NCBI GenBank assembly: GCA_019058315.1
Contig: JAHPZH010000001.1
Location: 725,069 to 789,068 of the forward strand
Direction: 5' to 3'
Length of the DNA: 64,000 bases
Source of the DNA: Candidatus Helarchaeota archaeon
GTDB taxonomy: Archaea; Asgardarchaeota; Lokiarchaeia; Helarchaeales; RDOG01
Position 1 is the first letter of the stretch. Every line of letters starts with the position of its first letter. The notes beneath the pieces were generated by a model. It searched no databases and was not told the origin of the DNA. It saw nothing but the letters and a program-made list of their open reading frames with translations. A program made the position numbers and the translations under genes. Shown here piece by piece: positions 1 through 9,426 of the stretch.

Positions 1-1
1 T

Positions 2-397
2 GATAATGAAATCAAGCAAGTTCATAACAAAGTAGAAAATCTAAGAAAAGAAAAAAAAGTAGCTGTAACATTCCATACGATGCGAATGGAAAGAGATACT
101 GCACGATATCAAGAATTTTCAAATAATAATGTCTTAATCCCTACCACTGATTCTATCGGCTTAGAGTCTATCATGGATGTATTAAAAGAATATAATAAGT
201 TTCCAATTACAAAAAAAGAATTACTGGATGCACATGGTTGGAAATTAATTGATTTAACTCCTCATTTGAGGATCAGAGCATCAAAACTGCTTAATAAATT
301 ACCAAATACGAAATATACCAGTTTTCAGTTCATAGAGGATCATTTGCGAAATATATTAGGTCAAATTAATCAGAAAAAATTAGATCACTTCTTTTAA
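2..397 (+). CDS. C-terminal part of a protein entering from the left edge; ends in a small helical FPxTKxEL domain (DUF2795-like)
   Basis: Frame is open from base 2 (DNEIKQVHNKVENLRKEKKVAVTFHT) into the listed ORF, so the ATG at 80 is probably internal; motif FPITKKELLDAHGWKLIDL...LLNKLPNTKY. Confidence 0.55.
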   Translation, partial: DNEIKQVHNKVENLRKEKKVAVTFHTMRMERDTARYQEFSNNNVLIPTTDSIGLESIMDVLKEYNKFPITKKELLDAHGWKLIDLTPHLRIRASKLLNKLPNTKYTSFQFIEDHLRNILGQINQKKLDHFF

Positions 398-449
398 GAC
401 TATTTTCTCCTCTTAAAATCATATAATGAAAATAAAAAAAAAAGAATGT

Positions 450-2015
450 TTATTTTCCTTCTTTGCTAGCTAGTCCTATTGCTAAAGGGATAAAAAATAT
501 TCCAGCAGTAATGCCAATTCCTATTATATCGTTCATTTGTTGGTCCCCACCGCTACTTGTAGCCAATATTAACATTAGTAAATCCATAGGTGAAAGTCCC
601 TCTTCTAACCCTGCAGTAGTTGCTTCATACACTAAATTCCAACCTCCAGGTCCACCCATATATAATGCATTTCGAGTACATATCCCTGAGGCGGCTAAGG
701 TAAATTCAACCTTAAAACTTCCAACATCCGTTGCAGTCCCATTCCATATTACCCACTTTCCAGGAATTCCACCAGGGCTTGTATGATTGAAGCCAGGAAC
801 TGGTCCACCCATTGAAACAAATGCATATGTCATATTTACAATTGTGTGATTAGCTGCAGTAAAGTTTTGAGGTGCAATTTCTAACATTGGAATTCCCATA
901 TCGACGAAACCCATTATAAGACCATTTGAATAATAATTATATTGCCCAAAAATAGTATCATTATAATTATCAAAAGATGCTATTGAGTTAAATGCGGCAA
1001 TTAAGGTTGTTGCAAACGGGTTTGTGGTACCATATGTACTATTGTAATAACTATAATTTCCATATAACGTATTTGCAATCCATCCATTTGGAAATATTGA
1101 GGGAGAAGAACTATTAACAGTTATAATATCGACTATAAGTTTATCACCTCTTTTTACGGGTATACCAAAACTAGGATCAACTTTGGTTATCGTATATGTC
1201 CAAGAAGCACCCGGAGAAACGGAAAATCCTCCAGATAATACTGTGGATGGAGGTAATAAGACCGTCTCAAATGTTAAATTCCAACCAATCGGGCTATTTA
1301 CGTAAAATGCGTTTCTTGTGCAAAATCCGGAAGCATTAAAGGTAAATTCATATTTAAAACTAGTAGGTGTTGTAGAGGAACCATTCCAAATTTCCCACGT
1401 TCCATTTATGCTTGCTGGACTTGTGTGATTGAATGTGGGATCTGGTCCATACATTGAGAAATACGTATAGGTTGTATTTACAATTGTGTGATTAGCTGCT
1501 GAAAAATTATTAGGAATCAATTCCATCATCGGCATTCCATTCATGTACATGAATCCAATAAGTAATCCTTGACTAAAATAATAATATTTTCCAAATAACA
1601 TGTTTGAAACATTGGTATATGGGTGGGTTGAGTTGTAACCTCCAACAAAAGTTTCATTACCATCGAAAAGATCATCCCAGACTCCTGCTGTGCTGTTGAA
1701 ATAAGCGTAATAACCAAATACGGTATCTGAAATCCAAGGACCTAGCGGATTTGGTTGTTGAAGCAGTGGTATTGCAGAATTATTTGTTTTGGATAATGTA
1801 ATTTGAAAATGATCACCAGCAGTCATATCCAAACCAAGCGAAGGTTCACATTTTGTAATATTATAAATCAAAGAATCACTTACAGTAACTTGGTATCCAT
1901 CAGGCCCCTCTATAAAATTAGGTCCAATTGCTAGAACACGTTGAACTGGGAAAAGAAATAATAAAAATGGAATAATTAAGGCAATCACTAGTAATAAGAA
2001 TGTATTCTTTCTCAT
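450..2015 (-). CDS. Secreted, C-terminally anchored surface glycoprotein with two tandem ~210-aa domains
   Basis: N-terminal signal peptide, many N-x-S/T sequons, duplicated motifs NF(S/T)AANHTIVN and CTRNA, C-terminal hydrophobic segment plus KEGK. Confidence 0.75.
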   Translation of the reverse strand: MRKNTFLLLVIALIIPFLLFLFPVQRVLAIGPNFIEGPDGYQVTVSDSLIYNITKCEPSLGLDMTAGDHFQITLSKTNNSAIPLLQQPNPLGPWISDTVFGYYAYFNSTAGVWDDLFDGNETFVGGYNSTHPYTNVSNMLFGKYYYFSQGLLIGFMYMNGMPMMELIPNNFSAANHTIVNTTYTYFSMYGPDPTFNHTSPASINGTWEIWNGSSTTPTSFKYEFTFNASGFCTRNAFYVNSPIGWNLTFETVLLPPSTVLSGGFSVSPGASWTYTITKVDPSFGIPVKRGDKLIVDIITVNSSSPSIFPNGWIANTLYGNYSYYNSTYGTTNPFATTLIAAFNSIASFDNYNDTIFGQYNYYSNGLIMGFVDMGIPMLEIAPQNFTAANHTIVNMTYAFVSMGGPVPGFNHTSPGGIPGKWVIWNGTATDVGSFKVEFTLAASGICTRNALYMGGPGGWNLVYEATTAGLEEGLSPMDLLMLILATSSGGDQQMNDIIGIGITAGIFFIPLAIGLASKEGK

Positions 2016-2164
2016 AGCATTTCAATTCTTTATTATAATTTTTAGATTAGTATAATACTAAAAAACAACATTATTAAAATAGTTTATTTTTGGGGTTAAA
2101 CATCTATAGTTAAAAAAATAAATGAAAATCCAACTTTTAAATCTAATAATAACTAGAGGAAGAA

Positions 2165-3514
2165 TTAGCTATATTTTTTAATAAGCCGTTCAACTTGCTG
2201 AACTGAAGTACCGATATAATTCTTAGGATCTAGCCATTGATCCAATTCTTGAGAAGAAATCATTTGTTTTAGATCGGGGTCTTCTAAAATTCCTTCCTTA
2301 AAATCTAGATTTTCTTTTTTACATTTAATTGCGATTTTTCTTAATTTTTCATGTGCTATTTGTCTACTAATCCCTTTTTCAACTAATTTAACCATGATTT
2401 TTTCTGCAAATATCTGTCCTTTTGTCATTTCCAAATTATTTTTAATATTTTCATAATTAAATTCAAGTCCATGGATAATCGAAATCATTTGGGTAAGCAT
2501 ATAATCTAATAAAATGAAAGTCTGAGGATAAATAACTCTTTCACAAGCTGAGTTTGAAAGATCACGCTCATGTTCTTGAAGGGCAGCATTATCAAGTACA
2601 GGGATTAAGTTTGAATAAATTACACGAAATAGACCACAAATCCGCTCGGATTTGTGTGGATTGCGTTTGCTGGCTAAGGTTGAACTCCCTACTTGCGATT
2701 TCTTGAAAGGTTCGAATATTTCAGCAATTTCAGTTCTTTGAAGATTTCTTATTTCCTTCGCGATTTTTGATAAAGTTGTTCCAACTAATGCGAGAAAGAA
2801 AAAAATCTCTGAATGTAAATCTCTCGGAACAATTTGGTTTGAAATTTCACTTTCTTTTATACCTAATTCAGACATGACTAATTTTTGAATTTCGAAACCT
2901 TTTTCTCCAAAACTAGCCATTGTACCTACCATTCCACTCATTTTTCCTGCAATTGCTCTATTTAAAATTTCTTTATTTCTTTCTAAATGCCTATTGATTT
3001 CAGTTGCCCAAAGAGCAAATTTCATCCCATAGGTTGTAGGTACTGCGTGCTGTCCATGTGTTCTACCTACACAAACTGTTTCTTTCTCACGTTTTGCTAT
3101 TTTTATTAATCCTTTTCTTAATTCTAGTAGTCTTGTATTAATAATTTTTAGAGCATCTCTCAAAATTAAAGCCCATGCTGTATCTACTATGTCATAACTA
3201 GTTGCTCCATAATGTATGTAACCTCCTGCATCTTCCTCACAAACTTCTGCAAATGCTCGCACCATCGCCATTATATCGTGATGGATTTGATTTTCAATTT
3301 CTTTTACCCTTTCTAACTTGACAAATTGTGTTGAACCTTTTTTTTGAATTTTTTCAGCTGCCTGTTTAGGGATATTTCCTATTTTGGCATGGGCATTAGC
3401 CAAAGCAACTTCTACATCTAACCATTTTTGCAATTTATATTCTTCAGTAAATAAGGATTTCATTTCTTTTGTAAAATATCTATATTCAATGGGACTTACT
3501 GCCAAAATATTCAC
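2165..3514 (-). CDS. purB: Adenylosuccinate lyase
   Basis: HHDIMA, IHYGATSYDIVDTA, GRTHGQHAVPTT, SSxxxxKRNP, HERDLSNS. Confidence 0.95.
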   Translation of the reverse strand: MNILAVSPIEYRYFTKEMKSLFTEEYKLQKWLDVEVALANAHAKIGNIPKQAAEKIQKKGSTQFVKLERVKEIENQIHHDIMAMVRAFAEVCEEDAGGYIHYGATSYDIVDTAWALILRDALKIINTRLLELRKGLIKIAKREKETVCVGRTHGQHAVPTTYGMKFALWATEINRHLERNKEILNRAIAGKMSGMVGTMASFGEKGFEIQKLVMSELGIKESEISNQIVPRDLHSEIFFFLALVGTTLSKIAKEIRNLQRTEIAEIFEPFKKSQVGSSTLASKRNPHKSERICGLFRVIYSNLIPVLDNAALQEHERDLSNSACERVIYPQTFILLDYMLTQMISIIHGLEFNYENIKNNLEMTKGQIFAEKIMVKLVEKGISRQIAHEKLRKIAIKCKKENLDFKEGILEDPDLKQMISSQELDQWLDPKNYIGTSVQQVERLIKKYS

Positions 3515-3551
3515 CTAAAATATTTAATCATATTTCTCTAATATTCATTAA

Positions 3552-4922
3552 TTAATTACACTTTTTTAAAATACCTTCTGCGGCTATTAATCCAGAAAGT
3601 GCAGCTGCAACAATTCCTCTAGTTAAACCTGCACCATCTCCAGCCACAAATAAATTATTAACACTTGTCTCTAAAAATTGATTGGTAATTACACGTTTAG
3701 CAGAATATTTAATTTCAGGAGCATAAAGCAATGTTGAATTATTAGCCACTCCTGGGATCAATTTATCTAATTTTTCCAAAGCTTCGATGATATCTATGAA
3801 GATCCGATGAGGCAATGCCATGCTGATATCTCCAGGGGTCACATTTTTAAGAGTTGGTTGTATAAAATTATTTTTTAATTTGCTCCACTTAGATCTTCTA
3901 TTTTTTCTTATATCCCCTAATCGTTGTATTAAAGGTTTTCCTCCCCCTAATGTAGCACAATTGAACGAAATAGTTTCTCCATAGGCCGTAGTGTCTTCTA
4001 ATGGTTCTGTCAAAGATATCTTTACAAGTAAAGCAAAATTTGTATTGTTTGATCGCTCTGAAAGAAAAGAATGACCATTTGTTGTAATATTTCTTTCTCC
4101 ATAAACTTCCTGGACTACGAAACCTTGATGATTTACACAAAAAGTCCTGACAAAATCATCATAAGTAGGAGTAAAAATATGAAATTTCGGATCTCTTGCA
4201 ATAGAACAAATAGGTTCCATTACTGTAGATGGTACTTCAACTCTTACACCAACATCTAATGGCTCATATCGTGTTTCTACACCAATTTCACTCATTTGTT
4301 CTGAAAGCCAAGTCATACCAGATCTACCTGGTGCTACTAGACAAAAATCATATTTAATTTCTTTTCCCTTTGTTGTTATTATTTTATTGGGTCTTATAGT
4401 ATCTACTTCCGTATTTAAAAGAAATTCGACCCCATTATTTTCTAATTTTTTTTGGATTGCACTAATTACTTTTGGGGCGTTTTCAGTACCTATATGTCTT
4501 TGAGTTATGGGAATAAAATGTATACCAACTGAATTTGCTTTATTTTGTAATTCTTTAACTTGTGATTGCGAAGCTTGATATATATTTTTAGGAGCTCCAT
4601 TAACAACAAATACATTATCAATATAATTAATTAATTCTAAAGCTTTTTGTTCATCTCCTGCTAAATTGCTTAATTCTCCGCCAATATTAGGATTTAAATT
4701 AAGTAATCCTGAAGAAAATAACCCCGCTCCACCTACCCCAGATAAAGTACGGCATGGTTCACAATTAGAGCAATATCTATAATCCTTTTGTAATTCACAA
4801 TGCCGATTTTTAACTGGAGGTCCCTTATCTATAACTTTAATTTCTAATTGTTTATTTTCCATTAATTTATATGCTGCAAATAATCCTGCAGAACCTGCTC
4901 CAATAATTATAATTTTTTGCAT
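3552..4922 (-). CDS. FAD-dependent oxidoreductase (COG2509-like)
   Basis: IIGAGSAG Rossmann motif, CxxCxPC, GVGGAG, VRTFC, YAPEIKY, AGDGAGLTRG. Confidence 0.85.
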   Translation of the reverse strand: MQKIIIIGAGSAGLFAAYKLMENKQLEIKVIDKGPPVKNRHCELQKDYRYCSNCEPCRTLSGVGGAGLFSSGLLNLNPNIGGELSNLAGDEQKALELINYIDNVFVVNGAPKNIYQASQSQVKELQNKANSVGIHFIPITQRHIGTENAPKVISAIQKKLENNGVEFLLNTEVDTIRPNKIITTKGKEIKYDFCLVAPGRSGMTWLSEQMSEIGVETRYEPLDVGVRVEVPSTVMEPICSIARDPKFHIFTPTYDDFVRTFCVNHQGFVVQEVYGERNITTNGHSFLSERSNNTNFALLVKISLTEPLEDTTAYGETISFNCATLGGGKPLIQRLGDIRKNRRSKWSKLKNNFIQPTLKNVTPGDISMALPHRIFIDIIEALEKLDKLIPGVANNSTLLYAPEIKYSAKRVITNQFLETSVNNLFVAGDGAGLTRGIVAAALSGLIAAEGILKKCN

Positions 4923-4987
4923 TTTATTAAGATCCCAATTCGATATTGATAAAATTAATTTCTAGAGATGAGTTCTATTAAATCAAG

Positions 4988-5467
4988 TTATTCATATTTT
5001 TTCCTTTTTTGTTCTCTATATAATTTTAGTTTTTCAGTCAATTCCTCGTTATATATAGCTATGATCTGAATAGCCAGAAGAGCCGCATTAGTTCCGTTAT
5101 CAATTCCCACAGTCGCCACAGAAATTCCTGGCGGCATTTGTACAATAGAAAAAAGTGCATCTAAACCACCTAAATTAACGTTAACGGGAACGCCAATAGT
5201 AGGTTTAATTGTTTTGGAAGCTATCACTCCTGGTAATGCAGCCGAAAGCCCCGCAATAGCTATAAATACTTGTGCGGGAGAAGAATTTATATAATTTTCT
5301 AATAAATATGGAGAGCGATGCGCTGAAAAAATTTTAGTTTCAAAAGGAATTTCGAATTCATCTAAAATATCAGTAACTTGCTTTACAACCTCTCTATCAG
5401 CTTTATTTTTACTACCTGCAATAACTGAAATCAAAATATTGCTTTTTTTCACATCAATATCTGACAT
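4988..5467 (-). CDS. purE: N5-CAIR mutase / AIR carboxylase
   Basis: [42 protein letters not shown]. Confidence 0.95.
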   Translation of the reverse strand: MSDIDVKKSNILISVIAGSKNKADREVVKQVTDILDEFEIPFETKIFSAHRSPYLLENYINSSPAQVFIAIAGLSAALPGVIASKTIKPTIGVPVNVNLGGLDALFSIVQMPPGISVATVGIDNGTNAALLAIQIIAIYNEELTEKLKLYREQKRKKYE

Positions 5468-5590
5468 ATAAACTCCTTCAAAAGTTTTTTGATAATTTTT
5501 TTATTTATGTATTTAATAATTATTATTCTAATCCTATTAATAAAGAAAAAATACTATTTTCAATTTCTTATTTATGTCGAGAGAATTTCA

Positions 5591-8500
5591 ATGGTCAGTT
5601 TAATAGAATGGATACCAGATTTTTCTTATTTTGCATATAAAGTGGCAAATCCTATTAATTTAGCAAAAAGTTTAAAGTATCTAGAAGAAAAAATCAAAAA
5701 AGGTGATATATTTCAATCTCTTGATGTTTTATTTTGGACTATTGTTTTAATTGACCGCCTAGATAAAAAAGAATTAATAGATAACAAATTAATAAAAAAA
5801 TACATTTCTGAATTAAAGCATGAAGATGGTGGTTTTAAATTCTCGTCTGATTTAGAAAGTCCAGACACATTATCTACTTCTTATTCCATAGCCATTTTGA
5901 AAATATTAGGAATAAACGAGCTTATCGATGATAAGGATATAAATTTTATTATAAATTCTCAAAATGAGGGAGGATTCATTCATTGTAATTCCAAAAGTTG
6001 TCATATTAATTGTAAAGGAAGAGCCTCGGTCGAATTTAGCTTGTATGCCCTTACTGCATTAATTCTATTAAGTAAACTTGAAAAAATAAATAAAAAACGA
6101 TTAATAGATTACTTAAAAAGAGAGACAAAGGATAACATTGAGTTAATTTATCAAATTCTCGGTTTAAAATTAATTAATGCACTTAATATTGATGATTTTG
6201 AGAGAAAATTTCCAATTTTAACATCTTGGCAATTACCGAATAGCGGATTTGGAATTAATACTAAATTTCCATCTGCAGAAGATACATATTGGGTTGGTAT
6301 CTGTCTAGGCTTATTAAAAAAACTGGATTTAATAGAATTTAATGGAGTATTAGATTTTATAAGGGGTATGCAACAAGATAATGGAGGTTTTACAGGTCAA
6401 TATACTAGTATAAGTTCGCAAAAACCAACTTTAATTAATACAGTACAATGTATTGTAAGCTTATTTTATATTTGGAATAATATAATTGAGATAATTGAAA
6501 ATGAAATTCTTCTGTGTGCCCGTGATTTTTCCGATATTTATTTAATTCCAATCACTGAAAAATTCTCGGTATCTATGGATCTAGTGGTAGAAATTGCCAA
6601 TTGGCTTATTTCAAATAAATGGATTGAAGGAGAAATAATAAATAGAGAAGTGATGTTTGATAGTTATTTTAATAAACAGAATCAAATCTCTCAAGAAATA
6701 ATAAACGCAATTATGAAACACGTAAAATCTTTCCAAAAACAAAAAGAACTCGATTTGAAAGAGTTAAGTAAGAATTTTGATTTTTCCAATCCCCTAGAAA
6801 GGGTAAAATTAGTTGTAAATGATTTACTTATCAATAAATTTTTAACAGGGAATGTAAAAGCCTATAAGAAAAAATATATCCTTGAAAATTTTGCTCTACC
6901 TGGTAAATATATCCAGCTTTCAAAACCAATTTCGTATGAGGAGATAATCGGAGAAAAGAAACGATTGGAAGTAGATAAACAAAAATTAATTACCCTTCGT
7001 TCAGAATTAATTAAAACCTCTAGAACTATTTTTGAAGAAATTCAGAAATTTATTGATAAGGAAAAAATTACTGAAGCAAATAATAAATTACAGGATGAAA
7101 TAAAATCCACAAGAGAGAAAATTTCAAAATTAGAAGAATTGATGAAAAACCTCAATTCTGAATATAAAATAATTGATTTTAAGTTATCTAATTTTAAATT
7201 CCAAAAAAACTGGCCATCAATAAAAAATGTAATTATAAAAGAGCTCAGTACAACAAAATTAAAAATAGAAGAATTAATCAAGAAAAAGGAAAAAGATATT
7301 TCGAAACGTTCCCAAGAGAAGAAAGAAGAAGAGGCTATTAACACTTTACGTACAAAATTAAGAGAAATTAAAAATAAAATGAATTTGTATCAAGTTGAAA
7401 TTAAGAATTTTTTTCCAAAAAATTTTACTGATCATGAAAATACACTGAAATTAATTAATTCTATCTCTGATTATGTTATTGAATCTGATTCTAACCTCAA
7501 TTCTGAGTTTTCAAATTTATCTTCTGATCTGAAACTTGAGAAATTTAAAAAAGAGCTTGAACAAGTCAAAACGTCCTGGGAAAAGGAGAAACAAGATAGA
7601 AAAGAACTTATCAAATCCTACCATATCAAAATTGAAAAGAGAATTGAATTAGAAAAATTAATTGAAAAAGTTACTTCAGAACTTGAAGAATTCTCTAAAA
7701 ATAAAAATGAACAAATCATAAAACTAACTAATGATAATAAATTAGATGAAGGCTCTAAATTATTAAATGAATCCATTAATAAGTTTAAAGAATTGAATTT
7801 AAAACAAAATAAAGCTATTAAAGATTTTTTAGAGAAAATAAATAAAGAAATTTCTGATTTTTCTAAATATTCTAGCGATCTTGAATCGGATTGGCAAAAA
7901 AAATTCAAAATTGAAGAAGAAAGATGGGATAAAATAGTATCCGAATTGAATACAAAACTCCATTCAAGCTTTGAAATTGAAAAGAAAGATGAATTGGATG
8001 AAAAAATGAAGCACTATGCCGAGGATATTAAAACCTCAATAGAAAAAATGAAAAAAACTGTATTAGAATTAATTGAAACTGATAAAGTGATTGATGCAGG
8101 AAATAATACCAAAGAATTGACTGTAAAAATAGATGAAGAAATTAAAAGATGTAATCAAGAATGTAAGGATTTTATAAAGGATAAAAGTCGTGATTTTAAA
8201 AATTTTCGCGAAACTGTAAATTCTATTATAGAAAATTGGGAATCTGATAGTGAAAAACTAGTCCAATCCTTAGAAGAAACAAAAATTGAATTAAAAAAGA
8301 AAATAAATGAAAAAGGATCAGAATTAAGAAAAATTCAACTAGAAGAACTAATTAAAAATGAAATTTCTGAAATTGAAGGTAAGATTGATAACTTTAAACT
8401 AAATTTTAATCAAACTATTGATTTTGGAAAAAAATTAGACGATTTTGAAGAGAAATTTGAAACAGAGTTATCTCAAATTAGGGATTCGTTAAAAATTTCT

Positions 8501-9283
8501 GATGATAAAATAAAAGATGTTATTAAAACTGCATCAAAGATTTATGAAATATTTGAAGAGCTAACATCAAAAGAAATTAAATATTGGGATGATTCAAAAT
8601 CTTCAATCGAAAATCAGTTAGAAATGATTTCAGGAAAGATCAATGATGAAATTCTAATAGTGAAAATACAAACAATAGTCAGTGCTTTTAAAGGTAATAA
8701 AATTGATTTAAGTTATTTATCCAAGGCATTAAAAACCAAATTTGAATCTCTTAAATTAAAAATAATTGAATTAATTTCTGAAAAAAGACTTGTTGGTGAA
8801 CTTGATACCTTTGATATGTTCATTTTAAAGGAAGAGGCTAGTCCTAGTAAATTATTAATAGAACAGGTAAATGAAATAAAGAAAGATATATTAAGAACGC
8901 GTTATTTAATGGTAATACATAATGAAATAGGAGCTTCTGTTTATAATAGACAATTAGGGGATTGGGACCTCGATCCAAGTCTGATGAGTGGATTTTTATC
9001 AGCAATCCAGAGTTTTAGTTCAGAAATCAAGAAGAAAAAGATTCCCATGAAACGGATGGAATATAAAGATTTTGAGATTATAATGGAACAAGGGGATTAT
9101 ATATTAGTGGCTTTATTCATAGATGGAAGAGAATCGGACTGGCTTCGAAGCAAATTAAAGTTATATGTTACGGAATTTGAAAAAGAATATGGAGAACAAC
9201 TAAAAGAATGGGGCGGTGAACTTGCTACATTCAGAAAATCGGGATTTTTAGTGGATAAAGCATTTGAATTATTTAGAGTGTGA
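5591..9283 (+). CDS. Multidomain protein: prenyltransferase-beta-like alpha/alpha barrel, PCI-like winged helices, long coiled coil, C-terminal longin domain
   Basis: QxxDGGF-type repeats in the N-terminal ~300 aa; LSYLSKAL...IIELISEKRLVGELD winged helix; longin RYLMVIH..G..Y...DPSLMSGFLSAIQSF. Start placed at ATG 5591 because 5489-5590 looks like AT-rich intergenic sequence. Confidence 0.8.
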   Translation: MVSLIEWIPDFSYFAYKVANPINLAKSLKYLEEKIKKGDIFQSLDVLFWTIVLIDRLDKKELIDNKLIKKYISELKHEDGGFKFSSDLESPDTLSTSYSIAILKILGINELIDDKDINFIINSQNEGGFIHCNSKSCHINCKGRASVEFSLYALTALILLSKLEKINKKRLIDYLKRETKDNIELIYQILGLKLINALNIDDFERKFPILTSWQLPNSGFGINTKFPSAEDTYWVGICLGLLKKLDLIEFNGVLDFIRGMQQDNGGFTGQYTSISSQKPTLINTVQCIVSLFYIWNNIIEIIENEILLCARDFSDIYLIPITEKFSVSMDLVVEIANWLISNKWIEGEIINREVMFDSYFNKQNQISQEIINAIMKHVKSFQKQKELDLKELSKNFDFSNPLERVKLVVNDLLINKFLTGNVKAYKKKYILENFALPGKYIQLSKPISYEEIIGEKKRLEVDKQKLITLRSELIKTSRTIFEEIQKFIDKEKITEANNKLQDEIKSTREKISKLEELMKNLNSEYKIIDFKLSNFKFQKNWPSIKNVIIKELSTTKLKIEELIKKKEKDISKRSQEKKEEEAINTLRTKLREIKNKMNLYQVEIKNFFPKNFTDHENTLKLINSISDYVIESDSNLNSEFSNLSSDLKLEKFKKELEQVKTSWEKEKQDRKELIKSYHIKIEKRIELEKLIEKVTSELEEFSKNKNEQIIKLTNDNKLDEGSKLLNESINKFKELNLKQNKAIKDFLEKINKEISDFSKYSSDLESDWQKKFKIEEERWDKIVSELNTKLHSSFEIEKKDELDEKMKHYAEDIKTSIEKMKKTVLELIETDKVIDAGNNTKELTVKIDEEIKRCNQECKDFIKDKSRDFKNFRETVNSIIENWESDSEKLVQSLEETKIELKKKINEKGSELRKIQLEELIKNEISEIEGKIDNFKLNFNQTIDFGKKLDDFEEKFETELSQIRDSLKISDDKIKDVIKTASKIYEIFEELTSKEIKYWDDSKSSIENQLEMISGKINDEILIVKIQTIVSAFKGNKIDLSYLSKALKTKFESLKLKIIELISEKRLVGELDTFDMFILKEEASPSKLLIEQVNEIKKDILRTRYLMVIHNEIGASVYNRQLGDWDLDPSLMSGFLSAIQSFSSEIKKKKIPMKRMEYKDFEIIMEQGDYILVALFIDGRESDWLRSKLKLYVTEFEKEYGEQLKEWGGELATFRKSGFLVDKAFELFRV

Positions 9284-9426
9284 AATACATTCAAATTTTG
9301 GTATTATAATGACTTTTAGATTTTTAGAACATTGATTTTTATTAATGGTTTTATATAATATTGTTAAATATATTTTCATTAACAAATTAACAATTTCGGG
9401 TTTAAGGATTAATTCTGGGATTATTT

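Noticed and set aside
5489-5590. N-terminal hydrophobic 'TM/signal' segment of the 1264-aa ORF
   Set aside because: It is translated AT-rich divergent promoter region next to the purE start; ATG 5591 is the more plausible start.
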